Below, piece after piece: positions 9,485 through 18,164 of a DNA stretch of 64,000 nt. Location of the stretch: the NCBI GenBank assembly GCA_002499585.1, contig DAMH01000002.1, positions 32,147-96,146 on the forward strand. Direction: 5' to 3'. Source of the stretch: Euryarchaeota archaeon UBA552 (GTDB lineage: Archaea; Thermoplasmatota; Poseidoniia; Poseidoniales; Thalassarchaeaceae). The stretch's first letter is position 1. Each line of letters starts with the position of its first letter. A program made the position numbers and the translations under genes. The notes under the pieces were generated by a model. The model saw nothing but the letters and a program-made list of their open reading frames with translations, made no database searches and had not been told where the DNA came from.

Positions 9485-10140
9485 CCTTGCCGCTCCGGTG
9501 GAGTGGTGTGGGAGGGCTTCGGCGCCTCCCGCGGGCCACAATAACCGATCTAAAAGATCGGAGCGGTGGAACCGGCGGTAAAACGCTGGGGACACACTTT
9601 TTCGCTTGTGGGCGAAAAAGAGGTAGGAGAACTAAGAAAAAGAAAATCTGACGCAAGGAAGAAAATCCAATCTTAGGGAAAGCCGAGGAAAACGCAACCG
9701 AACCCTTCGGGGGGAAAACATAAACCAAACCGGAAAACTATCCTACAGAGGTGTTACGGCAAAAGGGGGAGGAGACAATCCTGGAACCGTAATGCGAGGA
9801 AAATCTGGCGTAAAAACCGGAAAAGAAACGCATCGGGAACAAGAGCGGAGAGATCCGTGGAGGACTGACATCGGACATTGAGGAAATCGAGGATAATACT
9901 CGAAGACTAAACATGTAAACGGGGGTTGTGTTGGAGACTACACGACAATCGGAAAATGATGAAGGTGGACAAGTAGCGCCTAAATCATCTACCCGGGAAC
10001 ACCCGGGCCCTCGGGCCCGGGTGAACCCCAACCGCGGAGTCAGCAGGGGGTCGCTCCCCCATAGGCAGCCCCCTGTTGCTCCCACCTGTCCATTCGGACA
10101 TTATGTGGTCCACTCTGACAGACTATCAATGATTTCCTTT
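9485..10140 (+). ncRNA. Unclassified structured RNA locus (one or several ncRNAs)
   Basis: Lies in a 797-nt ORF-free gap. Two C(UUCG)G hairpins (9510-9530, 9703-9712), a 9-bp hairpin (9597-9620) and an 8-bp CUCG hairpin (10002-10021). Also a 14-bp helix (10036-10082) and the UGUCC-AUUC-GGACA hairpin (10087-10100). Tetraloop sense and purine skew point to the + strand. Class not determined. Confidence 0.4.
9992..10021. repeat. Three clustered CCCGGG palindromes forming nested or alternative hairpins
   Basis: CCCGGG-aaca-CCCGGGCC-CUCG-GGCCCGGG, read directly from the sequence. Confidence 0.7.
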
Positions 10141-10186
10141 CGATCCCATCATACCTGCTCTTTTCGGGGATCTTGGTAACAACCAC

Positions 10187-11782
10187 CTATTCTTTTCGAT
10201 TAGTCATATCTTCTGGAACTACCCACATGTCAAAATCATGACCGCTGATTCCCATTTTGATCGCAGATTCTCGTAAGGTCAAGCCATTCTCATGTGCATG
10301 CTTGGCCACTTTCGCAGCGTTATCGTAACCTATGTGGGGATTTAGCGCGGTCACTAACATCAGTGACCTATCTACAAGCTCTGCAATCCTGTCTTTATTC
10401 GCGGATAGTCCCGCAACGCACCTGATAGCAAATGAATTACAAGAGTCCGTCAGCAATTTGCATGAGTGCAGCACATTGTGAATAATCATGGGCTTGTAGA
10501 CGTTTAGTTCGAAGTTTCCCTGACTGGAACCGATGGTAACTGCGGTGTGATTCCCTATAACCTGGCAAGCAACCATCGTCACCGCCTCTGCTTGTGTTGG
10601 GTTTACCTTACCGGGCATAATGCTCGATCCTGGCTCGTTTTCCGGTAATGACAATTCTCCCAGACCTGACCTCGGACCAGACCCCATCCATCTAATATCA
10701 TTGGCTATTTTCATCATGCTCGTAGCCAGCCCGTTCATGGAACTAGATGCTTCAAGCAAGGCGTCATGCGAAGCAAGTGCGGAAAATTTGTTGTTTGCTG
10801 AATGAAAATTTAAACCGGTTTTCTCAGCGATTCTATCACAAACTAATTCGGAAAAGTTGCTTTTTGCATTGAGTCCAGTTCCAACCGCAGTTCCGCCAAT
10901 AGCTAATGCAAGCAGCGCATCCTTCGACCTCTCGATCCTGTCTAAATCAGAGTCAAGCATTGCTACATAGCCCGAGAATTCTTGTCCCAGAGTGAGAGGA
11001 ACTGCGTCCATAAGGTGTGTTCTACCTATCTTGACGATTTCGTCGAATTCAAGCTCCTTCTTCTCCAACTCATTTCTAAGAAACTTTACGGCTGGCAACA
11101 AGCAATGTTCTATCTCTTCGGCTGCAGCAATGTGCATAGCAGTAGGAAACGTATCATTGCTGGATTGAGATCGATTCACATCATCGTTGGGGTGAACAGG
11201 ATCCTTGCTACCCAGTTCCCCCCCTACAAGTTCTATTGAACGATTAGCAATTACCTCATTTACATTCATGTTGGTTTGGGTTCCAGACCCTGTTTGCCAT
11301 ATCCTTAGTGGGAAGTGAGGGTCCAAGGCACCAGAAATTACCTCTTCGCAAGCCCGGGATATCAATTCCCCGACTTCTTCATTCATGTCACCGAGCTTGA
11401 CATTGATCTCTGCAGTTGATTGTTTGAGTATGCCGAAGGCTCTGATGACTGATCGCGGGATTCTATCCTCTCCGATGTTAAAATTCTTCATTGATCTGGC
11501 AGTTTGTGCTCCATAATAGGCTTTTATTGGAACCTCCACTGTGCCAATCGAATCCACCTCAACCCTGGTATCTCCCTGAGGATCAGTGACAACTGGTGTC
11601 GGTGATGATGAGATTGGAGCGGGAGGTTTGGGGGCGACTAGACCTTCTTCGATCAATCTTGATATAACGGCAGATCTCCCTTTTGTTCGTCCCTTGCCCA
11701 CTTTCCGATCAAGTTTCAATGCAAGCTTTTCAGGTATACTTATGCTTATGATTCGCCTATCGCCGGCGCGGTGCTTAGCCAT
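10187..11782 (-). CDS. fumC: Class II fumarate hydratase with N-terminal ribbon-helix-helix-like extension
   Basis: [13 protein letters not shown] signature, [21 protein letters not shown]. The fumarase core starts near [14 protein letters not shown]. About 70 extra N-terminal aa carry a CopG-like RHH pattern; the ATG at 11782 is the only ATG upstream of the core. Confidence 0.9.
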   Translation of the reverse strand: MAKHRAGDRRIISISIPEKLALKLDRKVGKGRTKGRSAVISRLIEEGLVAPKPPAPISSSPTPVVTDPQGDTRVEVDSIGTVEVPIKAYYGAQTARSMKNFNIGEDRIPRSVIRAFGILKQSTAEINVKLGDMNEEVGELISRACEEVISGALDPHFPLRIWQTGSGTQTNMNVNEVIANRSIELVGGELGSKDPVHPNDDVNRSQSSNDTFPTAMHIAAAEEIEHCLLPAVKFLRNELEKKELEFDEIVKIGRTHLMDAVPLTLGQEFSGYVAMLDSDLDRIERSKDALLALAIGGTAVGTGLNAKSNFSELVCDRIAEKTGLNFHSANNKFSALASHDALLEASSSMNGLATSMMKIANDIRWMGSGPRSGLGELSLPENEPGSSIMPGKVNPTQAEAVTMVACQVIGNHTAVTIGSSQGNFELNVYKPMIIHNVLHSCKLLTDSCNSFAIRCVAGLSANKDRIAELVDRSLMLVTALNPHIGYDNAAKVAKHAHENGLTLRESAIKMGISGHDFDMWVVPEDMTNRKE

Positions 11783-11843
11783 GGACTATACAGGTTGAAA
11801 TAAGTTAATAAATAATTATAGAAGGCAAACTTGGATTTAAAGA

Positions 11844-12362
11844 TCACAGGTTCTCAACTTTAATTTCAATCATCTTCACTGGCTCTGTGAGTTGGCCCGA
11901 GCGACTACCAACAGACTCGATAGCACTTACTACGTCCATACCCTCCAGAACCTTTCCGAAGACTGGATGCTGGGAGGGACTAGTTGAGTCAAACCAGTCT
12001 AGGAAGTTATTGTGTACGGTGTTGACAAAAAACTGGCAGCCGCCGGAATTGGGCCTGCCTGTGTTAGCCATGGATAGGGTACCAACATCATTAGAAAATT
12101 TAGCATTCTGAAGGAACTCATCGGATATGGTCCCGTACGGGGAACTTCCACGTCCGGCCATTCGACTATTGGGGTCTTTTGAATGAGGGCACCCAAACTG
12201 AAGCATGAATCCGGGGATTACCCTGTGGAAATGCAACCCGTCGTAGAAACCCTCGCTCGCCAACCTAAGAAAATTAGCTGCAGTCAACGGCATCTCTTCC
12301 CTGAATATTTCAGCTTTGAAGATTCCTTTTGATGTATTGAAGACGGCGACTGGGTTGGCCAT
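11844..12362 (-). CDS. ppiB: Cyclophilin-type peptidyl-prolyl cis-trans isomerase
   Basis: [30 protein letters not shown]. Start trimmed to the ATG at 12362 ([10 protein letters not shown]) to avoid overlap with the upstream gene. Confidence 0.9.
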   Translation of the reverse strand: MANPVAVFNTSKGIFKAEIFREEMPLTAANFLRLASEGFYDGLHFHRVIPGFMLQFGCPHSKDPNSRMAGRGSSPYGTISDEFLQNAKFSNDVGTLSMANTGRPNSGGCQFFVNTVHNNFLDWFDSTSPSQHPVFGKVLEGMDVVSAIESVGSRSGQLTEPVKMIEIKVENL

Positions 12363-12399
12363 AGTGCTAGGGAAGAGCCCATACTCAAGAGTCTGGCGG

Positions 12400-12795
12400 T
12401 CATGCGACCATAGAACCCAGAGGGACATCATCAGATACTTCTAGAAGTTTGACACGCCCATCAGGAAGGAGAGCCCCGAGGATGAGAAATTCAGAGACAA
12501 AACCTCCTGGCAGAACCCTATGGCCTATGTTGATAGCACCCACTACTCTCCTTCCATCAAGATCCTCAATTGAGTAATTTGTTATTTGTGCTGATGTTCG
12601 CAGTATCCCCACGGGGCCGAAATCAACTTCAATTTTGTAAGAAGCCTTCTTCATCTCTGGATAATGATGGGTCGAAATGATTCTGCCCACTCTTAGATCA
12701 TTTGAGAAATAACCTTCTGGGCCCACGTTGGGTTTCCTGATCAACTTGGAAGCCTCATACGGCAAGTCAACATCATCGATCACATGACTTGACAT
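12400..12795 (-). CDS. csaA: tRNA-binding domain protein (CsaA/Trbp111-like)
   Basis: OB-fold tRNA-binding pattern (LRVGRI ... KIEVDFGP ... [11 protein letters not shown] ... [10 protein letters not shown]). Confidence 0.75.
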   Translation of the reverse strand: MSSHVIDDVDLPYEASKLIRKPNVGPEGYFSNDLRVGRIISTHHYPEMKKASYKIEVDFGPVGILRTSAQITNYSIEDLDGRRVVGAINIGHRVLPGGFVSEFLILGALLPDGRVKLLEVSDDVPLGSMVA

Positions 12796-13380
12796 TCATC
12801 CACCCGTAATGTCGCTCTTCTTGAACAGGGGTATGAGCGGTATCCCCCTTTTTTCAAATGCTTCAACGCCCCCCTCTTCCCTGTCAAGGATTGTAATGCA
12901 GGCCGTGACGATGCATCCCATCTCTTCCAGTAAATCTGCACACGAAATCGCAGATCCGCCCGTCGTTGTAACATCCTCAAGAAGTACGATCCTGTCCCCA
13001 CTTGAGATGGTCGAACCCTCAACCCCAGGGGGATTCCCGGTCTTTCTACCACCGCGACCCTTTGGTTCTTTTCGGACGATGAATCCCCTTAAGTCGCTTC
13101 CTTTCCCTGACTTCGCAATAACTATTCCTGTCAGGGGAACTGCTCCCAATTCAAGCCCTCCAATTGCATCCACTCCACCTGTGTCTTCTATGATTTGATG
13201 TATCAGCACACCGAGAATGTGAGCGCATTCAGGATTCATCATCACAGGCTTCATATCGAAGAAATGTGGACTCAGACGACCACTCGCGAGTGTGAAGGGC
13301 TCATCCGGAGAATGTAGGTACGCCAACTCTCTGATTAGACGTCTCATCCGATCCCTGTTTTGTTCCAACTCATGCACCAT
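12796..13380 (-). CDS. pyrE: Orotate phosphoribosyltransferase
   Basis: PRPP-binding loop (IVLLEDVTTTGGS) and SGRLSPHFFD motif. Confidence 0.85.
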   Translation of the reverse strand: MVHELEQNRDRMRRLIRELAYLHSPDEPFTLASGRLSPHFFDMKPVMMNPECAHILGVLIHQIIEDTGGVDAIGGLELGAVPLTGIVIAKSGKGSDLRGFIVRKEPKGRGGRKTGNPPGVEGSTISSGDRIVLLEDVTTTGGSAISCADLLEEMGCIVTACITILDREEGGVEAFEKRGIPLIPLFKKSDITGG

Positions 13381-13493
13381 TGTTAATCAACCAAAGGACA
13401 CAATCAATGAACATTGGCAAGATATAAAGCAAAATATTACGAATGTTATAATGCCGTCGAGTCCGTTTACCTAATACACCAACGTTGATTTCC

Positions 13494-16400
13494 ATGACTG
13501 ACACAATTTATCTGCCGAAAGATTTTGAATATCTCTCGTCGGAGTATGAATCATATCTAGAAATGATGGAATCTGAGACAGACAGGGTATACGAAATAGC
13601 AAAGACCGCACGGTCCAAGGGATTGGATTTCAAAACGGAAGTCGAGATCCCGAGAGCAAAGGATTTGGCGAGCAGGACCGTTCGTCTTCTTGACACATAC
13701 CTGAGGCCCGATCAAGATAGCAGCCCAATTCAGATTGAGGACAGATTAAGGGATCTGCTCGACACAATTGACAGGGAATCGGCATCGATTACAATAGCCA
13801 GAGAATCTGCCAAAATGATGCACGAATTGACCGGAGACCTCCAAAAATCAATGGATACTGGATTGAGGGTCGGCCTTGCAGTTTTGACAGAAGCCGTTCT
13901 GGTTGCTCCTTTGGAGGGTATAGGAGAAGTAAGAATACTGAGTAATCATGGCGACGGATCTTCATTCCTGTCCATTGATTTCTGTGGACCTATCAGGGCT
14001 GCAGGAGGCACAGCCCAGGCGATGGGTGTTTTGATTGGGGACATAATAAGAAGAGAACTTGGAATAGATAGGTACCGTCCCAGTGAGGGTGAAGTAGAAC
14101 GAGTAAAAGAGGAATTCGGATTGTATCGAGGGGGCTTACAGTACAAACCTCCACCAGAAGAAGTCGATATGATAGTCCGGGCTTGTCCTGTGATGGTGAA
14201 CGGTGAGGGAACTGAAAGAATCGAGGTGGCCGGATATCGAGAGGTCCCCAACATACAGGGATCCCGAATTCGCCAAGGTGTCCTTTTAGTCATCGCAGAG
14301 GGGCTGTGTCTAAAAGCCCCAAAAATAAAAAAACACACTGATAGATTGGGAGTTGAGGGCTGGGATTTCATAGATAAGATCGCTTCTAAGGGTAAAGAGA
14401 ATCAGAAAGCAGAATCTGAATTCGATTATAGACAACTAAAACCCGATGAAAGATATATGGACGATATAATTGCAGGGAGGCCAGTATTTGGCGAACCCTC
14501 CAAACCCGGGGCTTTCAGGTTACGATACGGACGTAGTCGCACAACAGGCCTAGCCGCCGCAGGATTGAATCCCATAACTATGCATGCTCTGGGAGGATTC
14601 CTTTCAGTAGGGACTCAAATGAAAATTGAAAGACCAGGCAAGGCTTGTGCTGTGACTCCAACATCTGGAATAGATGGGCCCATGGTACTCTTGGAGGATA
14701 AATCATTTGTCAAAATTCAGACTCAGGAGCAATGGAGCCAACTCAAAGATAGAATTGCAGTTATTTGGGACGCCGGTGAGATTCTTATCGGGTATGGAGA
14801 GTTTCTCGAGAATAACAAGAGCCTTGTTCCCTCAGGGTACAACAAAGATTGGTGGGCAAGTGAATTGGCATCTAAGATCGACATGCCAAGTAAATTAGAA
14901 AGATTCCTCTCAATAATAGATCAAGATAGTTCTGACTTCCCACGAGGACTTCCGTTCAACGGGGCTGTAATGCGGGGTGGAGAACAAAAACGTGATCGAG
15001 AAAGAAGGAAAAGGGAATGGAATCGTAAGTTGAAACAATTAGATCTATCATGGGAGCAAGTCAAATCGATCTCCAGAGATTTCGGAACGGCTATACCCCC
15101 GCCATGGAATTTATGGTGGTCAGATTTGCCTGTTGCCCTGATACCCGCGTTCGCAGAGACAGTGAAACATTCAACCGTTACTAACGAAAACTTACTCATC
15201 CCAATTAGCCGAGAAACAGTAAAGATTCAAGGTCTGAACAGTCACCAAGAGATTCTTTTAGAGAAATACGGGCTAGAGAGATTTGCACTCATGTCTTTGG
15301 GTGTAGAGCACAGAATAGAAGGAAATGACCTTGTGGTTGAAACTTGCTGGGAACCCATAGCTGAAATTTTTTCCAAAGGAGAAAACCAGCAGAATGAAGT
15401 AGACATAATACAGATATCGATGGATAGAATCCAACAACTCGATTCAGCCAAGCTATTAGTTGAAGAAGAAGAGAAGAGAGTTGGGGAATTGGAAACTCTG
15501 AAGACCCAAAAGAGAATCAGAGCAGAAACTGAAGCTAGACAGAGAAACCTTGGTGTGGAGGAAACAGAAGCCATTGGGAACGCAGCGGCTTCTGAAATTT
15601 TAGATCCCGGGCCACCGAATCAAAGCGAATTGAATCAAGCACTCATTACACTAGATGACGACCTCGTCGAAAATTCATTGTGGGTAGTCAGGAAAATATC
15701 CAGCTTCAGATGGGAGGACTCAATCCCCACAAGAATCGGGGCTAGGATGGGCCGTCCGGAGAAGGCGCAGAGAAGGGAAATGAAGCAATTCACCCACGCC
15801 TTGTACCCCATAGGAAATAACGGTGGCCCTCAAAGATTGTTGGATGAAATAGGCAAGGGCGCACTGAGCGTCGATGTGAGCATCAGAAGATGCACTGTTT
15901 GTGGTAGAGACACTCATGAAATACAATGCCGTCATGATCACGGTGACGGAGCCGGTCCGTGTAACGGGAGGACGGAAGTCAGAAGGCGTAGGGACACCGA
16001 GCGTAGATTAGGTGAAAAGCGTAATATCCAATTCACAAACCTACTCGAATCTGCAAGGAAGAAACTTAATTTGAATTCCCTGCCTAAACCGATAAAGGCT
16101 ACCAGACAGCTAGAATCTAGATTACAAACTCCCGAACCATTGGAAAAGGGAATATTGAGAGCATTACACGACGTCTCAGTAAACAAAGACGGGACGTCAA
16201 GATTCGACATGATCGATGTCCCCGTGACTCACTTTCGCCCCAGTGAAATTGGAACTCCTTGGCAAAAACTGGTGCAACTGGGATACAAACTAGACATGGA
16301 TGGTAACAAATTGGTATCGGATGAGCAGATACTTGAGATATTCCCCCAGGATATAATTCTGTCATCCAACGCTGAATCACACCTATCCAGGACTTGCAGA

Positions 16401-17417
16401 TTCGTAGACGATGAACTCACCAAAATATACGGGATGGATAAGTTCTACAATTACCAGTCAAAAGGAGACTTGGTTGGGCACCTTGGCATAGGCCTCGCCC
16501 CACACACTTCCGGTGGAGTGCTATGTAGAATAATTGGCTGGAGCGACGCATCAGCAGGGTATGCACATCCATTATTTCACGCGGCAAAAAGGCGTAATTG
16601 TGATGGCGACGAAGACTGTGTTATGTTACTCCTTGAGGGGCTGCTCAACTTTTCAAAGGACATACTTCCCTCAAACAGGGGCGGTCAGATGGATGCCCCG
16701 CTGGTCCTCACAACTCGATTGTTACCAAGCCAAATTGACAAGGAGGCTCTGAATGTTGATTGTTCGTGGGTCTATCCGCCCGAGTTCTATGCTGCAACTC
16801 TAACACAACCCCATCCATCCGAGGTTAAACATATGCTGGACATAGTGGAAAATCGAATCGGAGGCACCGGGGACGTCAGGGGATATGGTTGGACTCATGA
16901 TTCAGCTGGCCTTTCATCTGGTCCCTCCAACTCTCAGTACAAACTCCTCCCTTCGATGGAAAAAAAGATGGATGCCCAGCTTTCACTTGCATCTAAACTT
17001 CGTGCAGTCTCAGTGGAGAGAGTCGCAAAACAAGTCATTGAATCTCATTTTCTGAGAGATATTAGGGGAAACCTAGTCGCATTCACGAGACAGAAGATCC
17101 GTTGCACCAAGTGCAACGCCTCTTATCGAAGAATCCCTCTTGGCGGTTCGTGCATCGCCAAGGTGGCTAAAAATGATCTTTATCAGCGATTGGGAAGTGT
17201 TACAGATTCAGACAATCGTCTCTTCTGCGGCGGAAACCTGACACTCACGGTTTCACCGGGTGCCGTAACCAAGTACATTGGTGTCACTAACAGGGTGATG
17301 GACAAATACGGTATCGATTTGTATACTAGACAGCGAGTTGAGTGGATGCAGGATAGTGTGGATTCACTGCTCAACAATGACAAGGTGACAGTAATGACCC
17401 TGAGCGATTTCATTTGA
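13494..17417 (+). CDS. polC: DNA polymerase II (family D) large subunit DP2
   Basis: 1307 aa from the first ATG (the track start at 13485 is TTG). RIGARMGRPEKA motif, Zn-finger clusters (CTVCG...C, CTKCN), GGQMDAPLVL motif. No intein blocks seen. Confidence 0.95.
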   Translation: MTDTIYLPKDFEYLSSEYESYLEMMESETDRVYEIAKTARSKGLDFKTEVEIPRAKDLASRTVRLLDTYLRPDQDSSPIQIEDRLRDLLDTIDRESASITIARESAKMMHELTGDLQKSMDTGLRVGLAVLTEAVLVAPLEGIGEVRILSNHGDGSSFLSIDFCGPIRAAGGTAQAMGVLIGDIIRRELGIDRYRPSEGEVERVKEEFGLYRGGLQYKPPPEEVDMIVRACPVMVNGEGTERIEVAGYREVPNIQGSRIRQGVLLVIAEGLCLKAPKIKKHTDRLGVEGWDFIDKIASKGKENQKAESEFDYRQLKPDERYMDDIIAGRPVFGEPSKPGAFRLRYGRSRTTGLAAAGLNPITMHALGGFLSVGTQMKIERPGKACAVTPTSGIDGPMVLLEDKSFVKIQTQEQWSQLKDRIAVIWDAGEILIGYGEFLENNKSLVPSGYNKDWWASELASKIDMPSKLERFLSIIDQDSSDFPRGLPFNGAVMRGGEQKRDRERRKREWNRKLKQLDLSWEQVKSISRDFGTAIPPPWNLWWSDLPVALIPAFAETVKHSTVTNENLLIPISRETVKIQGLNSHQEILLEKYGLERFALMSLGVEHRIEGNDLVVETCWEPIAEIFSKGENQQNEVDIIQISMDRIQQLDSAKLLVEEEEKRVGELETLKTQKRIRAETEARQRNLGVEETEAIGNAAASEILDPGPPNQSELNQALITLDDDLVENSLWVVRKISSFRWEDSIPTRIGARMGRPEKAQRREMKQFTHALYPIGNNGGPQRLLDEIGKGALSVDVSIRRCTVCGRDTHEIQCRHDHGDGAGPCNGRTEVRRRRDTERRLGEKRNIQFTNLLESARKKLNLNSLPKPIKATRQLESRLQTPEPLEKGILRALHDVSVNKDGTSRFDMIDVPVTHFRPSEIGTPWQKLVQLGYKLDMDGNKLVSDEQILEIFPQDIILSSNAESHLSRTCRFVDDELTKIYGMDKFYNYQSKGDLVGHLGIGLAPHTSGGVLCRIIGWSDASAGYAHPLFHAAKRRNCDGDEDCVMLLLEGLLNFSKDILPSNRGGQMDAPLVLTTRLLPSQIDKEALNVDCSWVYPPEFYAATLTQPHPSEVKHMLDIVENRIGGTGDVRGYGWTHDSAGLSSGPSNSQYKLLPSMEKKMDAQLSLASKLRAVSVERVAKQVIESHFLRDIRGNLVAFTRQKIRCTKCNASYRRIPLGGSCIAKVAKNDLYQRLGSVTDSDNRLFCGGNLTLTVSPGAVTKYIGVTNRVMDKYGIDLYTRQRVEWMQDSVDSLLNNDKVTVMTLSDFI

Positions 17418-18150
17418 TGTCATCAAAGCCTATTTTGTTTAGTATTCTTTTCATCCACTTTAGCTTCTCGAACTTTCTAATCGGGTCAGTTGCACCTGAG
17501 AAGCGACCGATTTCATCAGACCTAGTCCCAACTAACACAATCCTGTCGAATTTAACTCCCATCGAAAGTGCGATACAGACAGCTCGGTCTCCGTCCGTAA
17601 AACCCCCGGGATTCCTCATTCCTTTGATGTGATACGGAGTCTGATGGGTCAAAGATACATTTTGTTCGCCCATAATTCTGATCAAGGCTTCCAATTCCTT
17701 TCTGTTATCTCCATGAGCGTGGATGATTAGGGGGATGCCTCTCTTGACAGCATCGATCAAACCTTGACCTCCGTCCCCGTCGGTCACAACCCCCACTGTT
17801 AGGTCCCATGCAAGGTCTGGGCGCCTGATATGAGAGAAAACCCCACCAGATCCGTCAGCAATTAGAAACTTGCACCCATTCGCCATGGCATCTTCTATTT
17901 CCGATGCCTGTGCAGCCGCTCCGACAATAACGACATTACCAGACCAAGACAGTAATTCAGACTTCACAAGAGGCCAAGCCGCATCGAATTGACCTTCTTC
18001 GCCTTCAACGAAACTATCGCTTATCAGGCTGTTGACCAACCATTTGGCGTTTGCGTAGTCATCCTCAAGATCCCATTGGAATTCAGATCTTACTTCATCT
18101 TGAACCTGCAGTAAATAGTCTTGCAAGTCGTGCCTGTTCATGCTATCCAC
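17410..18150 (-). CDS. MptE-like 6-hydroxymethylpterin diphosphokinase (DUF115 family)
   Basis: VVTDGDGG ... IIHAHGDN ... NPGGFTDGDRAV motifs recalled from archaeal MptE/DUF115 proteins. Confidence 0.55.
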   Translation of the reverse strand: MDSMNRHDLQDYLLQVQDEVRSEFQWDLEDDYANAKWLVNSLISDSFVEGEEGQFDAAWPLVKSELLSWSGNVVIVGAAAQASEIEDAMANGCKFLIADGSGGVFSHIRRPDLAWDLTVGVVTDGDGGQGLIDAVKRGIPLIIHAHGDNRKELEALIRIMGEQNVSLTHQTPYHIKGMRNPGGFTDGDRAVCIALSMGVKFDRIVLVGTRSDEIGRFSGATDPIRKFEKLKWMKRILNKIGFDDIK

Positions 18151-18164
18151 ACAATGGCGCCATC

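Noticed and set aside
9955-9990. C/D-box sRNA, from the AUGAUGA C-box-like word at 9955-9961
   Set aside because: No CUGA D or D' box at the expected spacing. The word more plausibly forms one arm of a local hairpin with UCAUC near 9986.
10036-10082. SRP RNA helix 8, based on GUCAGC...stem-loop...GCAGCC resembling GUCAGG-UCC-GGAA-GGA-AGCAGCC
   Set aside because: The loop is not a GNAR tetraloop and the symmetric and asymmetric loop motifs are absent. The flanking sequence is purine-rich on one strand only, so it cannot form the long helix 5 rod.
9675-10140. RNase P RNA call, based on CR-I-like words (AGGGAAAGCCGAGG at 9675, GAGGAAAAUCUGGCG at 9796, GAGGAAAUCGAGG at 9879) and ACAGA...GAUUUCC at 10115-10136
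   Set aside because: None of the candidate CR-I copies can form a canonical P4 (AAG-U-CCGGG with CCCGGCUU geometry) with the downstream strand. The only good complement (GGAAAUC with GAUUUCC) uses nucleotides that should be unpaired. I found no convincing P1-P3 or CR-II/III. It remains a hypothesis to test with Infernal, not a call.
13494-17417. Intein in the 1307-aa PolD large subunit
   Set aside because: No intein block motifs (for example a C/S-start with a ...HN-C/S/T junction, or a LAGLIDADG pair) were seen. The length is explained by a charged insert and normal DP2 domains.
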